From Longimicrobiales bacterium (GTDB lineage Bacteria > Gemmatimonadota > Gemmatimonadetes > Longimicrobiales > Gaopeijiaceae): a stretch of 64,000 nt of DNA. The notes beneath the pieces are model-generated. The model ran no database searches. It saw nothing but the letters and a program-made list of their open reading frames with translations, and was not told the DNA's origin. Shown in pieces: positions 49,628-59,110 of this stretch; within the stretch, counting starts at the first letter, position 1, and each line of letters opens with the position of its first letter. Location of the stretch: positions 4,416,001 through 4,480,000 of the forward strand of contig OZ250165.1 of the NCBI GenBank assembly GCA_965238005.1. The letters are read 5' to 3'. Position numbers and translations under genes: made by a program.

Positions 49628-49917
49628 CGACGAATCCCGCTCCTGACGTATGTGGAGCGGTGCGTTATCAGAGAGCAGGAGACGATGCGCCGCTTCAGAG
49701 AAACGACTGCGTTCCTTACGGACGTCGCCAAGCCGTCATCGGACCGGTGAGGTCTGAGGAAAAAGACGGCCTACAAGCGGCTGGTGTAGAAAGGGGCCTA
49801 TGAGGACCGCGAATCCCTATATCTTTGCGGGGTTCGCGGTCCTCACGTTGTTACGGAATCGTGAGAATCGGCACCAGAAACGGCACCCGATGAACCTGGC
49901 GCCGCCAAGGGGTCTTC

Positions 49918-49946
49918 GTGACGGCCCGGCGGATGTCTTATATTAT
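49918..49946 (+). promoter_or_regulatory. Sigma70-type promoter upstream of the GHKL ATPase leader
   Basis: GTGACG-17 bp-TATTAT. Confidence 0.5.
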
Positions 49947-50257
49947 GAACGTGCTCGGGCCGGAGTGGCCCTAGCGCCGGGACATACCAAGGGCGGCAGT
50001 CCTTGGATATCAGAAGGATACCTCTAATGGCGGTTTATCCGGTCACGCTGGGCCGTTCCCTTATTGCACCTGTTCCGGTGCTCTGCCTATTAGGCAGCCT
50101 CCCGCGCCACCATCACTCCGCGATCCCGCCTGCACGTCCGTGATGTGGCGAGGCCAGCTACTCGGCCCCGTCGCATCCTCCTGCTAGGGCCCACCCGGGG
50201 GCCTAGCCGAACGACCGCCAAGGGCCATGTCCTTGGGTGATATGAAAGGGTACTGCT

Positions 50258-52180
50258 ATGGTTTTCGATCATGGTGTCCTGCCCATGAAGACGGCAGGAA
50301 CACATCACTTCATCGACCGGACGTATCGCGAGAGCGGGCAATTCCAGTGGGTGCGAGAGACCTTCACCAACGCCATCGAGGCCGACGCGACGCGCGTAGA
50401 GTTCGGCATCGAATGGCAGGCAGTGGAGAGCCTCGGTGTTTACCGGCGTGTGATCGCCGATAACGGTCAGGGGATGACCGCCGACGAACTCGTCGAGTTC
50501 TTCAACACGTTCGGTGGAGGCGGGAAGCCGATCGGTGGGGTCCACGAGAATTTCGGTGTCGGCGCGAAGACGTCCCTACTTCCATGGAACAAGTATGGTC
50601 TCGTCGTCATCTCTTGGGTCGACGGTGACCCCGCGATGATCTGGGTTCGCCATGACCCCAAGTCAGAAGAGTACGGCCTCCAGGTTTTCGAGGCGTTCGA
50701 CCCGGACACGGACGACATGAGTCTGGAAGAGGTGGTCTTCCCCTTCGACGACCCTGATCACGGGTGTGACTGGGAGTTGGTCAAGCCGGACTGGATTCAG
50801 GAGCACGGCACCGTTGTGGTGCTGCTCGGCGACGATCCCACGGCCCATACCGTTCTGGGTGATCCAAACCGGGAGGAGGCTGACATCAAAGGCATCTCCC
50901 GCTACCTGAATCGTCGGATCTGGACCGTCCCGGACGACGTGGACGTGCTTGTGGATGAGCTTCGCACCAACGATCGGGCGAATTGGCCCCGATCTGAGGA
51001 GGAGGCTCACGGAGCTCCGCCAGACAAGGGGTACGACAGGCGGTCGAACCTGCGGCGTATCGAGGGGGCCGAGTACTTCATCGAGTATCCAGCCAAAGGC
51101 TTCAAGAAGGGTGCGCTGGAGGCTTCGGGGGTCGTCGGGCTGGAGGACGGTACCGACGTGGCGTGGTATCTCTGGAGCGGAGATCGTCCCGCCGTTCAGT
51201 CGTATGCTGCCATCGGCGGGTACATAGGCGCTCTCTACCAAAACGAGCTCTACGATATCACCGCCCATGCAGCCACCTACCGGTCTTTTGGTGTCAGCGA
51301 GGGCGATGTTCGTCGGCGGCTCTGGCTGATTGTTATGCCGGCGCGGCTAGATGACGATCGGACCCAGGGCGTGTACCCCAGGACCGACCGAAACTCGCTG
51401 CTGTTGAAGGGTGGCCCGAGCGCCGGGGAGCCCCTCCCCATCAACGACTGGGGGAACGAGTTCTCCGACCTCCTGCCAGAGCCCATCCTGGCGGCTATCC
51501 GATCGGCTCGTGGAGGAGCGCACGGTTCGATCACGGACCCGACGTGGCGAGATCGTCTGGCAGAGCGGTTTGGGAAGCTGTGGCGGATTCCAAAGCTCAG
51601 GCGGAAGAAGGGTGGCCCAGTATCGATGGATCCCGACCAAGAGGGGACCGATCCGCGACCGGTTAGAAAGCCCTCTCGCAGGCGCGGAATGAAGGGGTCG
51701 GGAGGAGGTGGTGGCACCAAGGGAGCCTCGAACACAGGCAGCGCCGGTTCCAAAGAGGAGGGACGGAAGTCCAAGGTCTCCGGCGGCATTCCGGAGTTCC
51801 TCTGGCGACCCGCGACCGACTTCGAGTCGCTCGGATATCTCGGTGCCTGGCAACCGAATGACCCTGATTACCCCCAGGGCGTCGTACTCCTGAACGTCGA
51901 GCATCCAGTGATAGAAGGCGAGATCGAACGCTGGCAGTCGATGTATGCTGACCATCACGCAGACGGTGTCCGGGAGGAGGTACTCCGGGCCTACGGGGAG
52001 ATCGCGGTCTCGAAAGTGGCCCACTCCGAGTTTCTCAAGGCCCACCTCGCCTCTGGGAAGGTCGATGAAGAACTTCGATCGCCAGGAGCGCTAACGATGG
52101 CGCTTCTTGGGCTCCTGGCTGAGGAGGCCGTCATCTCAACCCGAGTGGGTGGAAAGTTCGGCCGCAGGCGAACCGCCTGA
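50258..52180 (+). CDS. GHKL (MORC/MutL/Hsp90-like) ATPase
   Basis: RETFTNAIEA, DNGQGM, NFGVGAK, GTVVVL motifs. Confidence 0.85.
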   Translation: MVFDHGVLPMKTAGTHHFIDRTYRESGQFQWVRETFTNAIEADATRVEFGIEWQAVESLGVYRRVIADNGQGMTADELVEFFNTFGGGGKPIGGVHENFGVGAKTSLLPWNKYGLVVISWVDGDPAMIWVRHDPKSEEYGLQVFEAFDPDTDDMSLEEVVFPFDDPDHGCDWELVKPDWIQEHGTVVVLLGDDPTAHTVLGDPNREEADIKGISRYLNRRIWTVPDDVDVLVDELRTNDRANWPRSEEEAHGAPPDKGYDRRSNLRRIEGAEYFIEYPAKGFKKGALEASGVVGLEDGTDVAWYLWSGDRPAVQSYAAIGGYIGALYQNELYDITAHAATYRSFGVSEGDVRRRLWLIVMPARLDDDRTQGVYPRTDRNSLLLKGGPSAGEPLPINDWGNEFSDLLPEPILAAIRSARGGAHGSITDPTWRDRLAERFGKLWRIPKLRRKKGGPVSMDPDQEGTDPRPVRKPSRRRGMKGSGGGGGTKGASNTGSAGSKEEGRKSKVSGGIPEFLWRPATDFESLGYLGAWQPNDPDYPQGVVLLNVEHPVIEGEIERWQSMYADHHADGVREEVLRAYGEIAVSKVAHSEFLKAHLASGKVDEELRSPGALTMALLGLLAEEAVISTRVGGKFGRRRTA

Positions 52181-52261
52181 GGCCGTGACCAACACTCACA
52201 AGCTCGGCATCACGGTACCGCCGGGGGGTCCCCCGGTGGTGCCTGTCGGGAAGGAGATGAC

Positions 52262-53161
52262 ATGAAGAATGCGTTCTACAGGGCTCGTCGTCGCGGTTCA
52301 GTTATCCTCGGCCCTGACGGACTCCCCGTGCGCAGGAACCGGCGCTACGCTGCAGACAAGCTTTCGTTCTTTGATCGGTGGCTACCTCCCGCACTGAAGA
52401 TTACCAGAAAGAAGATCCACAGACACTACGTGGACTTCTTCGCCGGCTACGGAGCGTACCAGGATGAGAACGAGGAATTCTGCCAGGGATCACCCATAAA
52501 GGCCCTTACCCTCTCTCCGGACGAAGCTGGATTCACCCACGCAACGTTCGTGAATCTGGACGAGGAGGCTCACTACACGCTGCAGGAGCGGGTACGGCAA
52601 GTAGTCGACGCGGGGAAGACGGGTGTCCCTTGGTCCAACGTCCGCTTCATCCTCGGAGACGCCAACGAGGTCGTTGAGGACGTGCTCTCCGAGATCCACC
52701 CACGGGCCTTCGTCTTTGCGTTTATCGACCCGGAACAGGTGCGACAGTGGCACTGGTCCACGGTGCAGAAGCTGGGTGGCGGCCGCCATGAGAGTGTGGA
52801 CATCTATATGCTGCTTCCACTGGAAATGGGGATTTTCCGAGAGATGGGATATGACCTAGAAGCCTGGCCCGCCGACGATCTGGACACGTTCGTAGGCTCA
52901 CGCGAGTGGGAGAATCTGAAGCGACTCCGGACTTCGCAGCGCAGGAGTCGTGAGATGCGGGCAGCGTTTGAGAAGTTGTACGTACGACGACTCCGGCAGC
53001 ATTGGTCCTATGCGGGGAGGCAACGGAAGGTCTACCTCAGGGGTAACCAGGCGCTATATCGGATGATATTCGCGACCAACAATGAGCATGCGTGGGACCT
53101 GGCGGAGTGGGAAGTCTCAGGCCCCCGCCCTCGCGACCCTCAACTCAGCCTCGACCTGTAA
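52262..53161 (+). CDS. tcmP: Three-Cys-motif partner protein TcmP (SAM-MTase-like fold)
   Basis: DKL.FF, YVDFFAG.G, GSPI.AL, GDAN, FAFIDP, Y.MIFAT. Confidence 0.8.
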   Translation: MKNAFYRARRRGSVILGPDGLPVRRNRRYAADKLSFFDRWLPPALKITRKKIHRHYVDFFAGYGAYQDENEEFCQGSPIKALTLSPDEAGFTHATFVNLDEEAHYTLQERVRQVVDAGKTGVPWSNVRFILGDANEVVEDVLSEIHPRAFVFAFIDPEQVRQWHWSTVQKLGGGRHESVDIYMLLPLEMGIFREMGYDLEAWPADDLDTFVGSREWENLKRLRTSQRRSREMRAAFEKLYVRRLRQHWSYAGRQRKVYLRGNQALYRMIFATNNEHAWDLAEWEVSGPRPRDPQLSLDL

Positions 53162-53923
53162 TCGGTTTGTCGACGGATACTGATCCCACGTCACACCGTC
53201 GAGTAGGCGGCCGTGTGCCTTCGGCGTGCGGCCGCCTACTTGCTTGAAGAAGAAGGGCACGCCGGCCGCAAGGGATTGATCGCGGACGCCACGAGCCCAA
53301 TCCAGGTCCATCGGCCGGTGGTGGGGCCCGCTCTCCCCTCCCGCGATCACCCAGTGCACTCCTTCGAGCTCCAGAAGGAGTGGGCCGAGGAGCGGCTCGC
53401 AGGAGAGGAATCGGACCGCTGCTGGTACCTGACGTAGCTGGCTTACACGGTAGTAAACCTTCTGCCCCTCGACGGAGGTACCGATCCAGATGTGGGCCGG
53501 TATGGCCTCGCCGCCGAAGAGGTCCACATTTCGCCTGTAGAATCGATGAGCTCGCGACGGACGCTTGGTAAGGACCTGATATACATGCCGATCCTCGTCG
53601 AGCATGACTCTAAAGATCCGGCGGATATACTCGTTGGGGATGTCGTTGTGGAAGAGGTCGCTCATCGAATTGACGAAGACCATCCGCGACGCGGACCAGC
53701 TTCGGGGCTGGCCCAACCGTTCGGGCCAGAGCCGGACAGCGAAAGGGTCTCTCCGATTCTCAGCGGTATCGACAACGGGAAGGCGACGAGTGTAGGTCTT
53801 CCTCAGCCGGCGTCCTGCAAGCTCGGCGGCATAACAGTGGTCGCACCCAGTCGACACCTTCGTGCAGCCAGTGGTCGGATTCCACGTAGCGTCCGTCCAC
53901 TCGATGCCGGTTTTCTCACCCAA
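53117..53923 (-). CDS. DUF5131 / phage Gp37Gp68 three-Cys (radical-SAM-like) protein
   Basis: IEWTDATWNP.TGCTKVS.GCDHCYA, NSMSDLFH, LTKR, SCEPLLG, GGESG, FFFKQ. Confidence 0.93.
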   Translation of the reverse strand: MGEKTGIEWTDATWNPTTGCTKVSTGCDHCYAAELAGRRLRKTYTRRLPVVDTAENRRDPFAVRLWPERLGQPRSWSASRMVFVNSMSDLFHNDIPNEYIRRIFRVMLDEDRHVYQVLTKRPSRAHRFYRRNVDLFGGEAIPAHIWIGTSVEGQKVYYRVSQLRQVPAAVRFLSCEPLLGPLLLELEGVHWVIAGGESGPHHRPMDLDWARGVRDQSLAAGVPFFFKQVGGRTPKAHGRLLDGVTWDQYPSTNRLQVEAELRVARAGA

Positions 53924-54290
53924 GGCTTGCCCTCCCGAATAAAAACCGAATCTACGATAACAAGATCGCTGCTACTGTGACAAACCGGCGATAGCTCTCG
54001 CCCCCAGGGGGAGGCCACGCGGGCCAATGATATAGTCTAACCCGTGGACATGACTACCCCGTCCTCCGGATGACCACGCTACGACTGGACACCTCAGCCA
54101 CTACTCGGGCGACGGTCTCCGAATCGCGGTACCGGCGCCGGGAAAGGGCCCTAGGAGCAGCGTCGCGGGTGAGGTCCGGCCTCCGGGGCCTCTGGGATCT
54201 ATATCGGGGTCCCCAGACCTTCAGCAAGCCCGACCCTTTATGGCCCCCAGCGTAGAAACGGGCCACTCCGAAGGATGACCCGCTCCCGTC

Positions 54291-54398
54291 CTACTTGCGT
54301 ATGGCCATCCACGTCTCGTGAGCCCACTTCATGGCCCACAGGATCGGGGCTACAATCAGTGCGGCTTTGATCGCACCCACCACGGACGTTGCTTCCAT
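54291..54398 (-). CDS. 35-aa hydrophobic peptide, Ldr/Fst-like candidate
   Basis: MEATSVVGAIKAALIVAPILWAMKWAHETWMAIRK*, SD GGGGGAAGG. Confidence 0.45.
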   Translation of the reverse strand: MEATSVVGAIKAALIVAPILWAMKWAHETWMAIRK

Positions 54399-54440
54399 GC
54401 GGGATCGCCTTCCCCCATACCGGGGTGAACGAGTGACTCC

Positions 54441-54635
54441 CTACGTGCTCTGAAGTGCCACGGCTGGCGAGGTACGAGCGGCCCGCTGGGCAGGGATAGC
54501 ACCGGCCAGAGCGGCCACCGTGAGGAAGATCACCGACCCACCCACCAGCGTTAGTGGATCAAAGCGGCTCACCCCGAAGAGGAAGGAAGTCAGGAGCCTA
54601 CCCGCTGCTGCGGCCGCTAGGAGTCCGATCACGAC
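54441..54635 (-). pseudogene. C-terminal fragment of MacB/FtsX-type permease
   Basis: LLTSFLFGVSRFDPLT...IPAQRAARTSPAVAL. Confidence 0.65.
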
Positions 54636-55013
54636 CCAGCCTCTGCGAGTCGCATTGCTTGCTTGAGAATCATGGTGCGAACGCTCTCCGAATCCGCACC
54701 CAAGGACCATCCACCATCTCGTTGTCGACCGGGATATGGCTCTCCCTCGCGAGCTCGGAGGCGCTCAATTCTTCCGAAGGGAGACCCTCGGACATCTAGC
54801 GGAAGGGCGCGACGCTTACCTGAGTCCGAAACACACGGTCTATACTCCGTCATTACGTAATCGCGCGCGCTGACCTCCTCCTCCGTGAGCTCACCCAGCC
54901 GACTTCCCCAGCCGGCCAGCGCCGCGCGTAGTTCTCGATCTTCAATGAGACCGAGTTGGGCTGAGCCGATGAGGCCATTGAGCGTGCCCAGAGTCAGTCT
55001 GAGTGGTTGGAGC

Positions 55014-55270
55014 CTACCGGCCCCGCTTGATGATCGCCTCTTGGATTTCGATGTACGTACCCGCCGCATCGATGAACCGCTGGTAGTCGATCGACGGCGT
55101 CCGGTCGGCGTAGCCCTTGGATCGTCGGAAGAGCGTCAGCGCCTGCTGGAACATGGGCAGTGACCGGTTGGCCGTCTCCAGCGTCTCCTGTGATCCGACC
55201 GCCATCCCCTGGTTGAAGAGGCTGTAAGCGTGCCAGAAGTCGAACTGCTCACGGGTCTGAGCCGTGACTG
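55014..55270 (-). pseudogene. C-terminal fragment of a helical (TPR-like) protein
   Basis: Protein-like QTREQFDFWHAYSL...IEIQEAIIKRGR* without a credible start. Confidence 0.4.
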
Positions 55271-55339
55271 GAGTGAGCGAGGCGATTGGGGTCATCCGAA
55301 TATCCCGAGCGCTTCCAGGATGGCTTCTTACGAGCGGGG

Positions 55340-57883
55340 TCAGCGCCCCTCCCACTCCGCCCGAAGCCGCGCGATCACCTCGCGGGTCTCGGCGATGCGG
55401 TCCTCAAGCCCCGCTCGGTATCTCCAGGCCAGCTGATTGAGCGTCTCGTTCGGCTGCACGATCACGGCCGCGAGTTCATCGAGGTACCGGACGTTCAGCG
55501 CCAGGTAGTCGAGCGCGGTGTCGGGGTTGTGGAAGCTCGAGCCGTCCGTGGTCACGTACACGGGCGTCGTGTGCGCCACCTGGCCCTCGGCCCCCCGGGC
55601 GCGGGCCGCGACCCAGACGCCGTGGTCCAGCTCGAGGTCGAACTCGACCGTGAGCGCCGCCGGCGATTGACCTGGCTGGTCGGGGCTCGCGGACGCGATC
55701 ACCTCGCCGTGGACGACGATTTCGAGCGCGGAGAGCGGCACCTGTACCGCATGGCCGAGTGCCTCCGCGGTGACGCTTAGCGTCGATCCCGCGCTCAGGT
55801 CGAGCTGGTCCCCGGGAATCGCTCCGTTGACCCGCAGATCGATCACGGGGCCGTTGCTCACGAAGGTGTGGCCCGCGTGCAGGCTCTCCCGCCATGCCTC
55901 GAAGGACAGCCCGTCCTCAAGGTAGGTGTAGAAGCGGGCGTCACCGATCTCCCCGCCGAAGGGAAAGTCGGATCCGGCCATCGCCGTGAGCTTGTAGCCG
56001 AGATCGAGGAAGTGGTAGTAGTGATCGAGCACCATCTCCCCGAACTGCAGGATCTCGATGAAATCGACCTTCTCCCTCAGGACGTCCAGCGTCAGCCCGC
56101 GGTAGCCGAAAAACCCCACCCCCTTGTGTGCGTAACCGGTCAGGCCACCGAGCTCGTGGACAGTGTCGAAGACACGGTCGTAGTAGTAGTACTGCCCCGC
56201 GAAGCGCACGAAGTCGTCCGCCGCCAGGGAGATGGTGTTCCCGATCTCGTGGGTCCTCGGCTCTTCCTGACCCGAGGAGAGCATGTAATCCTCCACCCGG
56301 TATGCGCCGTCCTCGCCCCATGCGTATTGGGCGAAGTAGGTGGCCCAGAAGTCGCCCATCTGGAGGAGCGCGCCGACGTGGATGTCCTCGGCTGCGATCC
56401 ACTTCAGGATCAGCGGGTCCTCTCGGGGCGATCGCCTCAGATGGATGTGATCGTCCGTCGAGAACCACCCCCGCTCCGGCATGTCGACCCAGCGCTCGAG
56501 CCGGACCGTCTCCGACCGGTCCACCCCCGGCGCGAGTTCCAGCTCCAGCTCCTGCACCAGGTACTCGTAACCCTTGGAAACTTCGAGGTGATAGGTGCCG
56601 GGCTGCAGCTCCAGTTCGAAGCTGCCATCGATGTAGAAAAACCTGCCGTATGGGGCGTCGAACCCGCGGGCGACGTCGTTCGGGCCGTGCATGATCCCGA
56701 TCGCGGCTTGAGGGATCGGCGCGACGGCACCGCTTGCATCTGTGAGCCGTGCTCGGACTGGAGTGGGGTTCCCGCTCGCCGCGTCGACGATTGTGGCCGA
56801 GAGTCTGACGGAGGTATACAGGGTCGGGTTCCTCCAGAGCGCGACCGTCCCCTCGCGATCCGACTCGGCCTCCAGTGTCAGGACGACCGATTCGCCGGCG
56901 AAGGCGGCCAGGTCGACCGACCGCGCCGCCCACTCCGCACGGTCCGCCCACACCTCATCGAACAGTCGCTCGGTGCGGCCATCCTCGGAAGTTATCAAGA
57001 CGCCGAAGGTCACCGGCGCATCGTCGCGCAAGACGCCGAGGGCCAGATCCAACCGTCCCTCGTCCGGCACCTCGACGTTGAAGTCGATGCGACCGGGAGC
57101 GCGAATGTAGAGGGCGGGCGGCTCCCGCACGTCGACGGACCGTACGCCTACCGCCGCGTCCGAAAAGGGGGCTTCCTTCGAGACAATCCGGATCGACAAG
57201 ATGTCGATACTGACGGGCTCGGTGGAGCCGATCCAGAGACCCAGCTCGCGCCACACTCCATCCCAGCCCTGCTGTCCGGGGGGGAAATCCGCACGCAGTA
57301 GGTACGCGTGGACCTCGCCGTCTTCAATCACTGCAGTGCTGGGGGAATTGAACTCGAACGGGTACGGCTGTTCCCGGACCGTGCCCGACCCCTCGCGTAG
57401 GTTGAACGCGGTACCGATGTATTGGACCGGATCGGAGGTCCGGGCGCGCACCTCGATGAAACCCCAGTCCCACATTTGGAGATCGGGAACCTCCACAACG
57501 AGCCCCCCGCGCGGGAAGCCACCCAGATTCCGAGTGCCCTCGGTGAGCGTGACGCGAAGGGCGTCCGTGGTATGGGTGACGGTCGCCGACTCGATCTCAG
57601 GGTTCCAGGGGACCACCGCACCCCAGTCCGGCTGAGGCCGATCGAAGATCCACTCGATCAGGCTCGGAACATCGGTGGGCATCGCCGAGCCACTCACTGT
57701 CGCCTCAGCTAGCATCTGGTCGAGGTGCGCCGGGTTAGGAAAGTCCGAGCCCGGACCGGCTGGCCCGCAACTGACCAGGGTTGCCGCAGTGACGAGAACA
57801 GCGAGAGCGGAACGGGTGAGCCGGGCGAGCGAGCGGGTTGGCGCCGGTCGCGGGAGACGGGAGGACGGAGCGTGGTGTCGCAT
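55340..57883 (-). CDS. CehA/McbA-family (PHP-like) metallohydrolase lipoprotein
   Basis: Lipobox LVSC; KGYEY, GWFSTDDHIH, GYAH, AGSD, TFVSNGP. Confidence 0.75.
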   Translation of the reverse strand: MRHHAPSSRLPRPAPTRSLARLTRSALAVLVTAATLVSCGPAGPGSDFPNPAHLDQMLAEATVSGSAMPTDVPSLIEWIFDRPQPDWGAVVPWNPEIESATVTHTTDALRVTLTEGTRNLGGFPRGGLVVEVPDLQMWDWGFIEVRARTSDPVQYIGTAFNLREGSGTVREQPYPFEFNSPSTAVIEDGEVHAYLLRADFPPGQQGWDGVWRELGLWIGSTEPVSIDILSIRIVSKEAPFSDAAVGVRSVDVREPPALYIRAPGRIDFNVEVPDEGRLDLALGVLRDDAPVTFGVLITSEDGRTERLFDEVWADRAEWAARSVDLAAFAGESVVLTLEAESDREGTVALWRNPTLYTSVRLSATIVDAASGNPTPVRARLTDASGAVAPIPQAAIGIMHGPNDVARGFDAPYGRFFYIDGSFELELQPGTYHLEVSKGYEYLVQELELELAPGVDRSETVRLERWVDMPERGWFSTDDHIHLRRSPREDPLILKWIAAEDIHVGALLQMGDFWATYFAQYAWGEDGAYRVEDYMLSSGQEEPRTHEIGNTISLAADDFVRFAGQYYYYDRVFDTVHELGGLTGYAHKGVGFFGYRGLTLDVLREKVDFIEILQFGEMVLDHYYHFLDLGYKLTAMAGSDFPFGGEIGDARFYTYLEDGLSFEAWRESLHAGHTFVSNGPVIDLRVNGAIPGDQLDLSAGSTLSVTAEALGHAVQVPLSALEIVVHGEVIASASPDQPGQSPAALTVEFDLELDHGVWVAARARGAEGQVAHTTPVYVTTDGSSFHNPDTALDYLALNVRYLDELAAVIVQPNETLNQLAWRYRAGLEDRIAETREVIARLRAEWEGR

Positions 57884-58161
57884 GAGCACTTCCCCCTGAT
57901 CATGCCTCGCTAGAGCAGTCGTGCCTTCCCCGTAACCTACCTCTCGTTCAGGTAGTCGTGCACGAACCGGATCGAAAGTGAGCCGTGGCCATCCCGCCCT
58001 CACCAAACTCGCGCTCGCTGGAGTAGCGGCCTTCTAGGGCAGCGTTCAGACGGGTGATAGGGTCGGACATGGGCACCTCACAGCCACATGAGCCTTCGGA
58101 TCATCATGGGCGACCCCTCTCAGACATTGTGCGTCCACTTCATTATCAAGCGTCTCCCCGA

Positions 58162-58896
58162 CTAACGCGCGGCTTCGACCAGTGCGTCGATCAGCGCGTC
58201 GCGCAGGTTTGAGTTCGCTCCACCGAACAGGTTCCAGCTGTTGATCACGGCGACGATGTCGTGATCCGGCAGGACCAACAGGAACTGCCCGCCGAACCCC
58301 TGCCCCGCCCAGACGTCGACCCCGTTCCGGTCGGGCCGGCACCACCGGTATCCGTACCCGGTCGAGCTGCCACCGATGCCGTCGACGTGCCGGGCGGTGG
58401 CCGTATCCGCCCATCCTTCGGGCAAGATGCGCAGACCATCCCAGACACCACCCCGCAGATACAGATAGCCGACCTTGGCGAGCTGCTCCGCCTCCAGGTA
58501 CAGCCCTCCTAGAGCGTCGGGCAGGCCGGCGGGGGTCATCTTCCACTGGTAGTCCGTGATTCCGAGCGGCCCGAAGAGGTGCTCCTCCGCGTAGCGGTCC
58601 ATCGTGAGCCCGCTAACCCGGCGCAGAATGGCCGACATGAGCTGGCTGCCACCGGAGTTGTAGACCCACTTGACCCCGGGAGCCGCGTCTGAGGGCTGAT
58701 CGAGCGTGTATTGGACCCAGTCGTCGCTCCGCTCAAGCTGGATGGTCGTATTGCTGTCGTTCATGGGCCGGTCGGTCTCGTGCCACTCGATGCCCGTCCG
58801 CATGGTCAGCAGATCCTGGAGCGTGGCCCTGCGCACGCGAGGGGCCAGGCGCGAGAGGTCATAGACCTCGAGAAGAGGCAAGAGCGGGGCGTCCAC
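58162..58896 (-). pseudogene. Serine hydrolase (class C beta-lactamase family), 5'-truncated
   Basis: LLTMRTG, PG.KW.YNS, LFGPLGI, YGY.W, GFGGQ present; catalytic SxxK absent. Confidence 0.75.
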
Positions 58897-58964
58897 GCCC
58901 GAGACGGCGGCAAGTTGGTACGAATCTCCTCGTCAGCTTGCCCCCGCCGTTCCTGATCCTTACT

Positions 58965-59110
58965 TTGACACTCCCGCCATTGAAATAGGGGGATTCTTCC
59001 TTCATCGACCACCGCGTTAGCATCCGAAAATGCTTACGTCTTACACGATCTCCAGAAGCGTTTACGCCTCACGGCGACGTTCGGGTGAGCCCCACCCTAC
59101 GGATATTCAA
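58965..59110 (-). ncRNA. Orphan TnpB omegaRNA-like scaffold / IS200-IS605 right end
   Basis: Minus strand LNIRRVG tail, ACGCTTCTGGAGA..GTAAGAC..TCGATGAAGGAAGAATCCCCCTATTTCAATGGCGGGAGTGTCAA. Confidence 0.7.

Larger units (their letters stand above)
39247..49790. mobile_element. PICI-like phage satellite / integrative element (right boundary uncertain)
   Basis: int-HTH-primase/helicase, divergent HTH, iteron-like repeats, terS, XRE; no capsid, portal or TerL; no attR found in the window. Confidence 0.7.

Noticed and set aside
54629..55020. Intact gene between the permease and TPR fragments
   Set aside because: Only a short protein-like stretch with no start or recognisable family; treated as debris
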